NCBI GenBank assembly: GCA_029863605.1
Contig: JAOTVB010000012.1
Coordinates: forward strand, 8,900-72,899
Origin: Myxococcales bacterium
Lineage (GTDB): Bacteria > Myxococcota_A > Polyangia > Polyangiales > Houyiibacteriaceae
Direction of reading: 5' to 3'
DNA length: 64,000 bases
This document shows, piece by piece, positions 9,142-21,357 of this stretch (position 1 is its first letter; each line of letters begins with the position of its first letter). The notes below the pieces were generated by a model, which saw nothing but the letters and a program-made list of their open reading frames with translations, had not been told where the DNA came from and searched no databases. The position numbers and the translations under genes are program-made.

Positions 9142-11048
9142 TGGAGTACACGGCGAAAGATATCGATGTCCTCGAAGGACTCGAGCCCGTTCGGAAGCGG
9201 CCCGCGATGTACATCGGCGGTGTCGATACGCATGGCTATCACCACCTGCTCTGGGAAGTGCTCGACAACGCGGTCGACGAAGCGATCAATGGGCACGCCA
9301 GCCGCATCGAGGTGGTCCTCGACGACGATCATCGCGGCGCGACCATCACCGACAACGGCCGGGGTATTCCAATAGACACGCATCCGAAGTTCAAGCGCTC
9401 GGCGCTCGAGCTCATTCTGACGACCCTCCACGCCGGGGGGAAGTTCGGGGCGAAAAACTACCAAGTCGCTGGCGGGCTTCATGGGGTGGGAGCCTCGGTC
9501 GTCAACGCGCTGTCGTCCGAGCTGACAGCAACCGTCTGGCGCGGGGGGAAGACGTACTCACAGAGCTTCAAGCGCGGAAAGGCGACGACCAAGCTCAAGA
9601 AAGGGGCCAAAACCAGCAAGCGCGGGACCTCGATTCACTTTCGGCCTGATACGGAGATCTTCGCCAAGAGGACCGCTTTTGACGCTGCGCGGGTAGCCGA
9701 GCGCCTCGAGGTCAAGACCTATCTCCACCGCGGGCTCAAGATCGTCTTCGTCGATGGCAAGACCGATGAGCGCACCGAGCTCGAGCATCCGGGTGGTATC
9801 GTCGATTTTCTCGAAAAGCTCGTCGCCGAACGCGGTAAGCCCTCGGTGCATGCCGACCCGTTCACCCTAGAGCACGACGAGGACCCTCGGCTCGAGGTTT
9901 CTCTTCGTTGGACCGAATCCACCGACGAAGTGATTCGGTCGTATGCGAATGGGATTCCCACGGGATCCGGCGGTGCGCACGAAAACGGTTTCAAGCAAGG
10001 TCTCGCCAAAGCGATTCGCAACCACATGGACACGCACAAGCTCACGCCCAAGGGCGTGAAGGTCACGGCCGACGACATCCGCGAAGGCTTGGTCGCGTTG
10101 GTGAGTGTATATGTGCACGAGCCTCAGTTTCAGGGGCAGACCAAGGACCGGCTCAACAACCCGGAGGTAACTGCGCAGATCGAGACCTCGGTGCGCACCG
10201 GGTTCGAGCAGTGGCTGTTGAACAACAAGACCTCGGCCGAGGCGATCGTCGCTCGGGTCATCATTTCGGCACGCGCGCGAGCCGCCAGCCGAGCCGCGAA
10301 CCAGCAGGTGTCCCGAAAAACGGCGGTGAGCCATCGGCTGAACCTTCCCGGCAAGCTCGCCGACTGTTCCAGCACCAACCCCGATGTGAGCGAGCTCTTC
10401 CTCGTGGAGGGTGACAGCGCGGGGGGCAACGCCAAGCAGGGGCGTGACCGGAAGACCCAGGCAATCCTGCCGCTCCGGGGCAAGGTGCTGAACGCGGAGA
10501 GAGCTTCGCAAGCGCAGATCCTCGGCAACCGGGAGCTGCAAGACATCATCAGCGCGCTCGGCTGCGGCATTGGCAAGGACTTCGACCTCTCGAAACTGCG
10601 TTACGGGCGGGTGTTCTTGCTCATGGACGCAGATAGCGACGGCCATCACATCGCAACGCTGTTGCTGACGTTTTTCTTTCGTATGCTGCCGGGCCTGGTG
10701 CGGGCGGGGCACGTGTTTCTCGCGCAACCGCCGCTTTATCGAATCGACGTCGGAAAGCAGGTGCACTGGGCGCTCGATGACGCCGAGCGCGACCGAATCA
10801 TCGCGGACGCGCCCGGGAATGCGAAGGTCGAGATCAGCCGCTTCAAGGGTCTTGGCGAGATGACCGCCGATGAGCTTCGGGAGACCACCCTCGACAAGAC
10901 ACGCCGCCGAGCCCTACGCGTGATGGTCGATGGCGAGCTCGAAGCCGACCGTGTGTTTAGCGAGCTGATGGGAAAGGACCCCTCGGCGCGTTTCCAGTTC
11001 ATCATGGAACGCGCCCCGCAAGCCGACGCGGTCGAGCTGGATTTGTAG
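9141..11048 (+). CDS. parE: type IIA topoisomerase subunit B, ParE-like
   Basis: GHKL ATPase N-terminus ([17 protein letters not shown]), Toprim EGDSAGG and PLRGKVLN motifs. 635 aa. GTG start overlaps the parC TAG by 1 nt. Confidence 0.75.
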   Translation: MEYTAKDIDVLEGLEPVRKRPAMYIGGVDTHGYHHLLWEVLDNAVDEAINGHASRIEVVLDDDHRGATITDNGRGIPIDTHPKFKRSALELILTTLHAGGKFGAKNYQVAGGLHGVGASVVNALSSELTATVWRGGKTYSQSFKRGKATTKLKKGAKTSKRGTSIHFRPDTEIFAKRTAFDAARVAERLEVKTYLHRGLKIVFVDGKTDERTELEHPGGIVDFLEKLVAERGKPSVHADPFTLEHDEDPRLEVSLRWTESTDEVIRSYANGIPTGSGGAHENGFKQGLAKAIRNHMDTHKLTPKGVKVTADDIREGLVALVSVYVHEPQFQGQTKDRLNNPEVTAQIETSVRTGFEQWLLNNKTSAEAIVARVIISARARAASRAANQQVSRKTAVSHRLNLPGKLADCSSTNPDVSELFLVEGDSAGGNAKQGRDRKTQAILPLRGKVLNAERASQAQILGNRELQDIISALGCGIGKDFDLSKLRYGRVFLLMDADSDGHHIATLLLTFFFRMLPGLVRAGHVFLAQPPLYRIDVGKQVHWALDDAERDRIIADAPGNAKVEISRFKGLGEMTADELRETTLDKTRRRALRVMVDGELEADRVFSELMGKDPSARFQFIMERAPQADAVELDL

Positions 11049-11125
11049 CAACGCGTTTTTTGACCAGGGGGGCAGCTTCTGGTTCAACCGCTTCAGGAAG
11101 CACTTCATTAACTCCGGGAGCGGTG

Positions 11126-14039
<2,914 letters not shown>

Positions 14040-14079
14040 GGTCGCTCGACCGGCTCACGCCCGCGTGTTAGATCGCCGC

Positions 14080-15624
14080 ATGATTGCGGATGGGGTTCTG
14101 ATCCTCGACTTTGGATCGCAATACACGCAGCTCATCGCCCGGCGGATTCGGGAGCAACACGTCTACTGCGAAATTCAGCCCGGCACCTATCCCCTCGAAT
14201 CGGTTCGCGCAACGGCTCCCCGGGCGATCATCCTGAGTGGGGGCCCCGCCAGCGTGTTTGCGGAGAGCGCCCCCACCATCGACCCGGGCGTGTTCGACCT
14301 CGGCGTGCCCGTTCTCGGCATTTGTTATGGGATGCAGCTGTTGAGCCACCTCCTCGGTGGAAAGGTCGAGCGTGCGGACGAGCGGGAGTATGGGCCGGCT
14401 CGTGTCGAGGTGCTGCGGGCGGAGGGGCTCCTTCATGGTTTCAGCGTCGGGAACCGTCTCGACGTGTGGATGAGCCACGGCGACCGCGTAGAAAGCCTCC
14501 CTACGGGGTTCGAAGTGATCGCGCGCACGTCGAACAGCCCGTTTGCGGCGGTCGCCAATGTCGAACGCCAGATTTTTGGGGTGCAGTTTCATCCCGAGGT
14601 TGCGCACACGCCTCGTGGCGTCGAGATGCTGCGCGCGTTCTTGTTCGAGGTTGCGGGGTGTGAGGCCAACTGGACGCCCGGGTCGTTCGTCGAACAAACA
14701 GTCGAGTCGATACGGCGCCAGGTCGGGGACCGGTCCGTCATCTGCGGGCTCTCGGGTGGCGTCGACTCGTCGGTCGCCGCGATGCTCGTCTCAAAGGCGA
14801 TTGGCGACCAGCTGACCTGCATCTTCGTCGATAACGGCTTGCTCCGAAAAGACGAGCCCGAGAGCGTCGTCCACACTTTCCGCGATCACTTTGGACTCAA
14901 GCTCGTTCATGTCGATGCGGCCGACGAATTCCTCGAGGCCCTTCATGGCGTGAGCGACCCAGAGCAGAAGCGAAAAATTATCGGACGCGTGTTCATCGAT
15001 GTCTTCCAACGGGAGGCGGAAAAGGTCGGCGACGTCGGTTTTCTCGTGCAAGGCACCCTCTACCCGGACGTGATCGAGAGCCTCTCGTTCAAGGGGCCGA
15101 GCGCGGTGATCAAAAGCCACCACAACGTCGGTGGTCTACCGGAGACGCTCCACCTCGAGCTGATCGAGCCGCTTCGCTTACTCTTCAAGGACGAAGTTCG
15201 AGAAGTCGGTGATGCGATGGGGATGCCGCACGACGTTCTTTGGCGGCATCCGTTCCCGGGTCCCGGCCTGGCCGTCCGTTGTCCGGGAGCGATCGACCGG
15301 GAGAAGCTTGACATTCTTCGAGAAGCTGATGCGATCTTCGAAGAAGAGATTAGGGCGGCCGACCTGTACGACAAGATCTGGCAAGCGTTCTGCGTGATCC
15401 TGCCGGTGCGTACGGTCGGGGTCATGGGTGACGAGCGCACATACGACTATGTCGTGGCTGTCCGCGCGGTCGATTCGCGGGATGGCATGACGGCGGACTG
15501 GTCTCGGATTCCGCACGAGGTGCTCGCCCGCATCTCAACCCGCATCATCAACGAGGTGCGCGGCTGCAATCGCGTCTGCTACGACATTTCGTCGAAGCCT
15601 CCTTCGACCATCGAGTGGGAATGA
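14080..15624 (+). CDS. guaA: GMP synthase (glutamine-hydrolysing)
   Basis: GATase motif GICYGMQ, PP-loop SGGVDSS, and C-terminal STIEWE. Confidence 0.95.
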   Translation: MIADGVLILDFGSQYTQLIARRIREQHVYCEIQPGTYPLESVRATAPRAIILSGGPASVFAESAPTIDPGVFDLGVPVLGICYGMQLLSHLLGGKVERADEREYGPARVEVLRAEGLLHGFSVGNRLDVWMSHGDRVESLPTGFEVIARTSNSPFAAVANVERQIFGVQFHPEVAHTPRGVEMLRAFLFEVAGCEANWTPGSFVEQTVESIRRQVGDRSVICGLSGGVDSSVAAMLVSKAIGDQLTCIFVDNGLLRKDEPESVVHTFRDHFGLKLVHVDAADEFLEALHGVSDPEQKRKIIGRVFIDVFQREAEKVGDVGFLVQGTLYPDVIESLSFKGPSAVIKSHHNVGGLPETLHLELIEPLRLLFKDEVREVGDAMGMPHDVLWRHPFPGPGLAVRCPGAIDREKLDILREADAIFEEEIRAADLYDKIWQAFCVILPVRTVGVMGDERTYDYVVAVRAVDSRDGMTADWSRIPHEVLARISTRIINEVRGCNRVCYDISSKPPSTIEWE

Positions 15625-15917
15625 GAGTCGTCGTTCTATGGATGGCGCTTGCCGCGCTCGGCTGTGCCAAGAAAGACACCGTCCGCGGCGAGCCCGCCCG
15701 GCTCAAAGTGGTCGCCGTCCCGTCGAACGCCTCGGTGTACGTCGACGGCCACTATTTTGGGCGCGCCAAGGTGCTCGCGATCGAGCCCAAGGCGCTCGTC
15801 CCGGGAATGCATCTGATGACCGTCACAGCGAACGACTACTTCCCACACGACATGGAGCTGAATCTGCCGCCGGGGACGACGACATTGGAGATCAAGCTCC
15901 GTCCGATGCCGCCCTAA
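15621..15917 (+). CDS. PEGA-domain lipoprotein
   Basis: Lipobox AALGC|A. PEGA-like [20 protein letters not shown]...[16 protein letters not shown] overlap with the guaA stop. Confidence 0.6.
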   Translation: MRVVVLWMALAALGCAKKDTVRGEPARLKVVAVPSNASVYVDGHYFGRAKVLAIEPKALVPGMHLMTVTANDYFPHDMELNLPPGTTTLEIKLRPMPP

Positions 15918-15936
15918 AAGGGGACTGTCCCTTTTT
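15916..15936. terminator. bidirectional intrinsic terminator / palindromic hairpin element, copy 3 (AAAAGGGGAC-T-GTCCCTTTTT)
   Basis: A 21-nt near-perfect palindrome with A- and T-tracts, exactly filling the gap between convergent stops at 15917 (+) and 15936 (-). Confidence 0.6.
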
Positions 15937-16910
15937 CAGTCCTGGATTGCGCCTTTGAGTTGTTGGGCGGTGGCGTATTCTTCTTCGATCATCGGCCCCG
16001 CTAGGCGCACCACGATGTGGTTGGGGCTCATCTCGCGCAGCTTTTGGAGTTGGGCGTAGGTGTCTTCGATGTTGCGGTCGACCAACACGAGGTTTGCTTG
16101 GGCGCGAACGAAGTCGGGGCGGCGAGCCAAGGTCTCTTCGAGAAGCTCTTTGCACTTGGCGCTATCGACGTAGCGTTGCAGGGCTTCCATCGCACGTAGG
16201 TAAGTCTTGACCGGAGGATTGTTGCCGGTCTCGGTGTCCTCGGCGTAACGCATCATCCGATCGAACTCGAGCCAGCTGCCGCGGAGCCGGTAGTAGTTGG
16301 CGTGGGCGAGGTAGGCCAACTGACTCTGTGGATCTTGTCGTATCGCCTGCTCTGCGAGGTCGGAGCCCGAGACGAGAGGCTCTTCGGATAGCACCTTCAG
16401 CGCCCGGACCACCTTGCGCAGATCGTCGGTTTTCGTCTTGAGTTGCTGGGCACGCGCCTGCGCCGCCGCTTGGTCCTGATTGACCTCGAGCGGCCGCGAT
16501 TGGCCGACCTGACGGAGCTCGGTCATGTCCTGTTTTCGTTCCTCTTCGAGAATCGCAGCCGCCAGGAGCAGGCCTCCGGCATGAGAAGTCTCGAGATAGG
16601 AACGAAGGGTGAGCGCGTTGGACCCCTGCTTGCCTGCAGTGAATGCTCGTGCTGCCTCGAACTCGGAGAACCGATCGCCCCGAATGATCTCGAGAACCTG
16701 AGCCATCGAGGTCACCTGCGTGTCAGGGGCGGCGACCGGTTCGATGCCGTACCTCTTCTGAAATTCCGCGACGACTTGGGCGGCCTCTGGCGGTCGCATG
16801 GTTTCGACGTCGATGCCTTTGCCGATGGTGGAGTTGTCTCCCGACCCGGACTTCGAGGCACAGGCATTCAACACGACGAGCGCGAAGAGCATGAAAGCGG
16901 TTCGTTTCAT
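15936..16910 (-). CDS. hypothetical helical (TPR-like?) lipoprotein
   Basis: Signal peptide plus lipobox VLNAC|A. The remainder is predicted helical. No catalytic motif recognised. Confidence 0.55.
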   Translation of the reverse strand: MKRTAFMLFALVVLNACASKSGSGDNSTIGKGIDVETMRPPEAAQVVAEFQKRYGIEPVAAPDTQVTSMAQVLEIIRGDRFSEFEAARAFTAGKQGSNALTLRSYLETSHAGGLLLAAAILEEERKQDMTELRQVGQSRPLEVNQDQAAAQARAQQLKTKTDDLRKVVRALKVLSEEPLVSGSDLAEQAIRQDPQSQLAYLAHANYYRLRGSWLEFDRMMRYAEDTETGNNPPVKTYLRAMEALQRYVDSAKCKELLEETLARRPDFVRAQANLVLVDRNIEDTYAQLQKLREMSPNHIVVRLAGPMIEEEYATAQQLKGAIQD

Positions 16911-16997
16911 GGCGCGGAGGCTAGCACAGGCCGCCGGCCGGCCCCAGGTCAGAACCGGACGAGCGGCCCCTCAATAAAGGCTTGGCGCGGCTCCGCG

Positions 16998-17327
16998 ATG
17001 AGGTGCATAACCTCCGAGATGCTGACACGCGTTTGCATTGTGATGCTGCTCGTTGCTGCCGGGATCGCTTGCAACAGGCATAACGAGCGAGCAACGACGA
17101 CCGTTCTGCAGCGCGCGGCCTTTGATTTCCCGTGCCCCGAAAGCGAGCTCTCGCTGGCGGTGCTCCAGGCCAGAGGTGCGCGCTATATGGCGTCACAAAT
17201 TGCCGCGTTCGGTTGTGAGAAGAGAGCGATCTACGTCTTCCACCCCGACAGCGAAACATGGTTCCTCAACGGCGCCGTGTCTCCCGCTTCTGCTGCCCAT
17301 GCAGCGCAACCAAAGATGAAGGATTAG
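16998..17327 (+). CDS. small conserved lipoprotein, paralogue A
   Basis: Lipobox AGIAC|N (the start could be 16998 or 17019). About 50% identical by eye to the 20661-21119 product across TVLxRAxFDFxCP...ASQIAAxGCEKxAxYVFxPDxxTWxLNG. Confidence 0.6.
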   Translation: MRCITSEMLTRVCIVMLLVAAGIACNRHNERATTTVLQRAAFDFPCPESELSLAVLQARGARYMASQIAAFGCEKRAIYVFHPDSETWFLNGAVSPASAAHAAQPKMKD

Positions 17328-17349
17328 CGCCGCATCCGGATCCGTCCGG

Positions 17350-18192
17350 CTAGAACCGGATGAAGACGTCGAACTCCGGGGAGATGTTGGTGAGTACGTC
17401 CCCCGGGACCACGAGAAAGAAGCCCTCGACGAAGAAACTGCTGTAGCCGACCCCAAGCCGGATGTTGGCGCGGTCCCATGAGAACACGAAGCCGGGAATG
17501 ACGGCGAACGCGTTTTGCAACTCCGACACATCGGCTTCGAGCGCAAGGTCGACCGTCGGGTTACCTGTGTCGAGAGAGCCGTTGACCACGACGTCGCTGA
17601 CATAAGGCACCCATCTCACGGTGAACGTGAAGGCGACCACGCGCGAGAGCCGCCACTCGAGCATCCCCCAGAGCTGAAGGAAATCGATCACGACTGCACC
17701 TTCGATGTCCTCGCCTCCATTGGCATCCCCGTTGACGGCGGTGAACAATGCTCCGAAGTGTGTGCTGACCGCAGGATTGATCCGCACGGATGACGCGACG
17801 GAGACCGGAATCAGAAAATACCTCGCTTTTGTCTTGTCGGACTGCTTGATGGTGCCTTCGAGGAATCCGGCCGAGACGCTCAGCGCCAGGCGTTTGCGGT
17901 TGTACAAGGTCGACTTGAGCTCGAGGTTTGGGGCGACGTCCTCAAAGATGGCCCCGAGGATCCAAGGCATGGTGTAGGTGCTCACTTGCAGCTGGTCGAT
18001 GATCCCGTAGCTCAGTTTCATCAAGCCTATGCGGACCCGCCGCCGATGGAGGCTGTACGCCGTGGTATCGAGGAGCCGCACGTTGTAGGTGTGATAGGCC
18101 CGCGCCGAATTGGGAACGAGCCCCATTCCCGCCGAGGTCACACCCGCAAGGAGTGTTACCAGGAGAAGAGCGGTCCCGATTCGTCGGAGCAT
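17350..18192 (-). CDS. putative outer-membrane beta-barrel protein
   Basis: Signal peptide, alternating amphipathic strands, and a C-terminal ...FDVFIRF ending in Phe (OMP signature). Confidence 0.55.
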   Translation of the reverse strand: MLRRIGTALLLVTLLAGVTSAGMGLVPNSARAYHTYNVRLLDTTAYSLHRRRVRIGLMKLSYGIIDQLQVSTYTMPWILGAIFEDVAPNLELKSTLYNRKRLALSVSAGFLEGTIKQSDKTKARYFLIPVSVASSVRINPAVSTHFGALFTAVNGDANGGEDIEGAVVIDFLQLWGMLEWRLSRVVAFTFTVRWVPYVSDVVVNGSLDTGNPTVDLALEADVSELQNAFAVIPGFVFSWDRANIRLGVGYSSFFVEGFFLVVPGDVLTNISPEFDVFIRF

Positions 18193-19094
18193 TCCCTGTC
18201 CTCTAGGCTGCAGCCGAATGTGCCATTCGCGGCACGGAGTCCCTGAGCAGTCCCTTGAAAAAAATAGTTGAACGTCTCCTCTAACGGCTGCTCCCCGATG
18301 TCTACCAGAATCTCGAGCCCGTCGGTGTCCGCTAGTTTGACTCGAAAGCTCTGGTTGATGCGGAAAGGGGATTCGTCAACGCCGATGGGGTCAAAGCCGA
18401 TGATTCCATCGACGACGAAAGTGACCAGGAGCTCGGTGATGTCCTCATCGAGCGGCACGGGGTCTCCCAAGTCGACCGCGACGCCCCCGTCGTACGAAGC
18501 TTGGAAATTTTCGCCCTCGATGGGCACGAGATACCGACAGTTGTCGGCGGTGCCCCAGACGACGCGGCCGATACTTCCGCTGTCGAGTGTCACAATCAGA
18601 GCGATCGTGCCGTTTGCGGGGTCGGGGTCGGCTTCATAGTCAGGATCGAATTGCCTTTCGTCCCACCCATCACAGATGAAGTTGACCTGGACCCCCCCAT
18701 TAGGCCTTGGGACCGTCAACCCAACGCAAGTGCCATCCGGACAATCCGCGTCGGCGCCCGCGGCGCAGGCGCCGCCATCATTGGCTCCACCATTGCAAGT
18801 CCCATCGAGAATGAGGTCACCATTCTCATTGGTGTTCTGCTCGAGCTCCTGTTGGACTTCGATGATGACGGCCAGAATCTCCTCGAAGAACTCCGATCCC
18901 TCGATCTCGTTGGCAGCCTCGGCGATTTCATCAGCGACCGCGCCCATGATCTCGCCGTCGACGACGGCGCTTGGTTTTTCAAAAGCGTTGAGCACCGGCC
19001 GAAGATCGGGGGCAGGGGGTATATTGAGCGATTCGCAGGACAAGCTTGCCGTACAAAGGAGCAAGAGGGTCGCGAGTGAGAACGATCGGGCCAC
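18156..19094 (-). CDS. hypothetical acidic lipoprotein
   Basis: GTG 19094 gives VARSFSLATLLLLCTASLSC|E (lipobox). The upstream part of the 469-aa track ORF is Arg/Cys-rich junk. The 3' end overlaps the next gene by 37 nt. Confidence 0.5.
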   Translation of the reverse strand: MARSFSLATLLLLCTASLSCESLNIPPAPDLRPVLNAFEKPSAVVDGEIMGAVADEIAEAANEIEGSEFFEEILAVIIEVQQELEQNTNENGDLILDGTCNGGANDGGACAAGADADCPDGTCVGLTVPRPNGGVQVNFICDGWDERQFDPDYEADPDPANGTIALIVTLDSGSIGRVVWGTADNCRYLVPIEGENFQASYDGGVAVDLGDPVPLDEDITELLVTFVVDGIIGFDPIGVDESPFRINQSFRVKLADTDGLEILVDIGEQPLEETFNYFFQGTAQGLRAANGTFGCSLEDRECSDESGPLFSW

Positions 19095-19144
19095 GATGGC
19101 CCGACGATAGCGCCGTTGCCTGGAGCATTCCACTCGACTCCGTG

Positions 19145-19795
19145 TCAAGGCAGTGACGCCTTGCGCTTGGATGGAAGACGCTTGCGGATCTGAACTACGG
19201 CGACGGGAATCAGAAACCAACCAAGAGTCCATGCACCAGGACCCACAAAGGCGAGGCCGGTGTTGAGAAGCGCGGTGGTGGGCTCGATCGAGGCACCTCG
19301 AACAGCCTCCGCAATTTTTTCGTCTGGGAGTTCCGGATCGACGAAGCCCTTCTTTCGAGCATAGGCGAAGCCGCCAAGGCCAATGAACCCCGAAATCGCC
19401 AAGCAAATGCTCTGGCCGACCGGCGAAGAAACGCTTTCGAGCGCCGGGTCCGCGATCGCAAAGAACAGGAACATGCAAACGAAGATCAGTTGAAAGAGCG
19501 CCAGCGTGGTGTGTTTCGCATCCGTTTGGGTGAGCGGCCCAAGAAGCTTCTGCGTCAGGTTCCACGAGATCAGCGTCAGGCCCACGGCGATGATGAGCCG
19601 CAGGATGTCGACCGAGCTCTCGATGAGCAGTGAGAGCAGGCCGTAGGGGAGCGCCTCCCAGGCCATGTCCTCGGTGCGTGGCAAGTACTGGAAGAAAAAT
19701 TCAACGAAGAGCACCGCATAGGCGACATCGAGAAAGGTTTGCAGTCTCCGCAGACGTTTCCCCCCTTGTCGGGCTTCGCTGGTTTCGACGGTCAT
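19145..19795 (-). CDS. multi-pass membrane protein, possibly TMEM175/DUF1211-like K+ channel
   Basis: Start at ATG 19795 (MTVETSE). RLQTFLDVAYAVLF resembles the RxxxFSD TM1 signature of the TMEM175 family (Ser replaced by Leu). About six hydrophobic segments. Confidence 0.4.
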   Translation of the reverse strand: MTVETSEARQGGKRLRRLQTFLDVAYAVLFVEFFFQYLPRTEDMAWEALPYGLLSLLIESSVDILRLIIAVGLTLISWNLTQKLLGPLTQTDAKHTTLALFQLIFVCMFLFFAIADPALESVSSPVGQSICLAISGFIGLGGFAYARKKGFVDPELPDEKIAEAVRGASIEPTTALLNTGLAFVGPGAWTLGWFLIPVAVVQIRKRLPSKRKASLP

Positions 19796-19908
19796 TTCCG
19801 GTTTCTTGAAGCTTGATCTTTTGGCTTCGCTATTGAAGGCTCGGGCGCTCTGGGATGCCGACTTTCGTGGCCTCGAAGCTCGCCGGAGTAGGCCCCCGGT
19901 GTTCGAGA

Positions 19909-20598
19909 ATGTCAATGCAATACTCCCTTCTACCTTCGGCTCGGAAAGCGCCTCACTACGGGGCGCTCCTCGTCGTTCTGTTGATTCTCATCGTGGTGGC
20001 ACCGCTCGTACCGGCCGAAAGGGCGGGCTACTCGATTGAGTTCTTCTTCGACCTCGTGCTGGTCACAGGCGGCTATGCCGCTGCTTCGCAAGGCGCGCAT
20101 CGTGTGCCCTTCTTGGCGCTCACAGTGGTAACCCTCGTCGTCCGCTGGACGGAGATCCTGACAGACCATGTCGGCTACTCGTTTGGAGCGATTTTGATCA
20201 CCGTCGTTTGGATTGTCTACGCCATCGTGCTGATCGTGGCGGCGCTTCATCGGCTGCCTCGGGTGAGCACCAATGCGGTCCTAGGCGCAATCGTTGCGTA
20301 TTTGTTGTCTGCGGTTGCGTTTGCGTTCGTTTTCCAGCTGATCGAGCTCGCGCATCCGGGCTCGTTCTCGGGCCTTCCGGCTAGCGGAAGCGAGCGGGAA
20401 GTAGGGGATGCTTTGCTCTATTTCAGCCTGGTATGCCTCACTACGGTGGGATACGGGGACATCGCACCCCTCTCCAAGCTAGCGCGTCCCATCGCGGTGC
20501 TCGAAGGCGCGTACGGGACGCTCTACCTCGCCGTCATGATCGCGAGGCTCGTGGCCCTGCACATCGTCTCCGGAGGCCAAACCGATGATTCGGGATGA
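19909..20598 (+). CDS. potassium channel (pore-loop, Ion_trans_2 type)
   Basis: Canonical selectivity filter LTTVGYGD flanked by TM helices. Start uncertain (19855, 19909 or 19915). Confidence 0.85.
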   Translation: MSMQYSLLPSARKAPHYGALLVVLLILIVVAPLVPAERAGYSIEFFFDLVLVTGGYAAASQGAHRVPFLALTVVTLVVRWTEILTDHVGYSFGAILITVVWIVYAIVLIVAALHRLPRVSTNAVLGAIVAYLLSAVAFAFVFQLIELAHPGSFSGLPASGSEREVGDALLYFSLVCLTTVGYGDIAPLSKLARPIAVLEGAYGTLYLAVMIARLVALHIVSGGQTDDSG

Positions 20599-20660
20599 TC
20601 TCCGTGGAGAAGAAGAAAAGAGACTGGCATGTTCAGCCATAGAATTGCATAAACGGTCCT

Positions 20661-21119
20661 ATGTTCGCTCGGATGGTTCTCACGCTCCTCATTGCGACCT
20701 TTGGTTTTGCCTGTGGTCACAACAAGCGAGCCAACAAGACCGTCTTGGATCGAGCGTCCTTCGATTTCCAATGCCCCAAAGAAGAGATCGAGCTCATCGT
20801 CATCGATGAAGAGGGCGCACGCAATCTGGCTTCCCAGATCGCGGCACACGGTTGCGAGAAGAAAGCCGTCTATGTCTTCTTCCCGGATGTCGACACTTGG
20901 GTGCTAAACGGTTCGGTCGGACCCGCGCCCGTCGAGCACGACCCCGCCGCCTATCACGGGAAGCGGAAGAACAAAAAAGAGAAGCGGGCCGCCAGGAAAG
21001 CAAAGAAGAAGGCCAAGAAGGGCAAGGGAGAGGCGGAAGCTGCCATCCCGGACGTAGACACCCCAGCGCCCGAGGCGGCTGAAGAGGCCCCGACGCCTCA
21101 GGCAGCTCCCGTCGACTAG
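20661..21119 (+). CDS. small conserved lipoprotein, paralogue B, with a Lys-rich then acidic/Pro-rich tail
   Basis: Lipobox FGFAC|G. Paralogous to 16998-17327. The extra tail reads GKRKNKKEKRAARKAKKKAKKGKGE... Confidence 0.65.
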   Translation: MFARMVLTLLIATFGFACGHNKRANKTVLDRASFDFQCPKEEIELIVIDEEGARNLASQIAAHGCEKKAVYVFFPDVDTWVLNGSVGPAPVEHDPAAYHGKRKNKKEKRAARKAKKKAKKGKGEAEAAIPDVDTPAPEAAEEAPTPQAAPVD

Positions 21120-21357
21120 GTCGTTTCGAACCCCGCGACTCGCTCGATAATCCAAAACGATGCCAACGAGCCGGCCAAGTATGCAACGGGCATTCTACTA
21201 CATGCGCGTCCCTCAGATTTAGGAACCGCGACACACGCTCTACGCGATCGCGCTCGGGGTGGATCCGGAAGCGACGGGCGACCCGCATGCGATTCAAGAG
21301 GGCGCACGTTCTTCGCCGACTTGGTACACGCCGCAACGCTCGAAAAGGCCGGGACAA

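Noticed and set aside
16443-16997. 5' part of the 294-aa + ORF 16443-17327
   Set aside because: This part is antisense to the 15936-16910 lipoprotein gene. Only the last approximately 110 codons (a lipoprotein signal plus the paralogue of 20661-21119) look real.
19095-19565. N-terminal 157 codons of the 469-aa - ORF 18156-19565
   Set aside because: Overlaps the 19145-19795 membrane-protein gene in another frame and encodes Arg/Cys/Ser-rich sequence. An internal GTG at 19094 yields a clean lipoprotein signal peptide.
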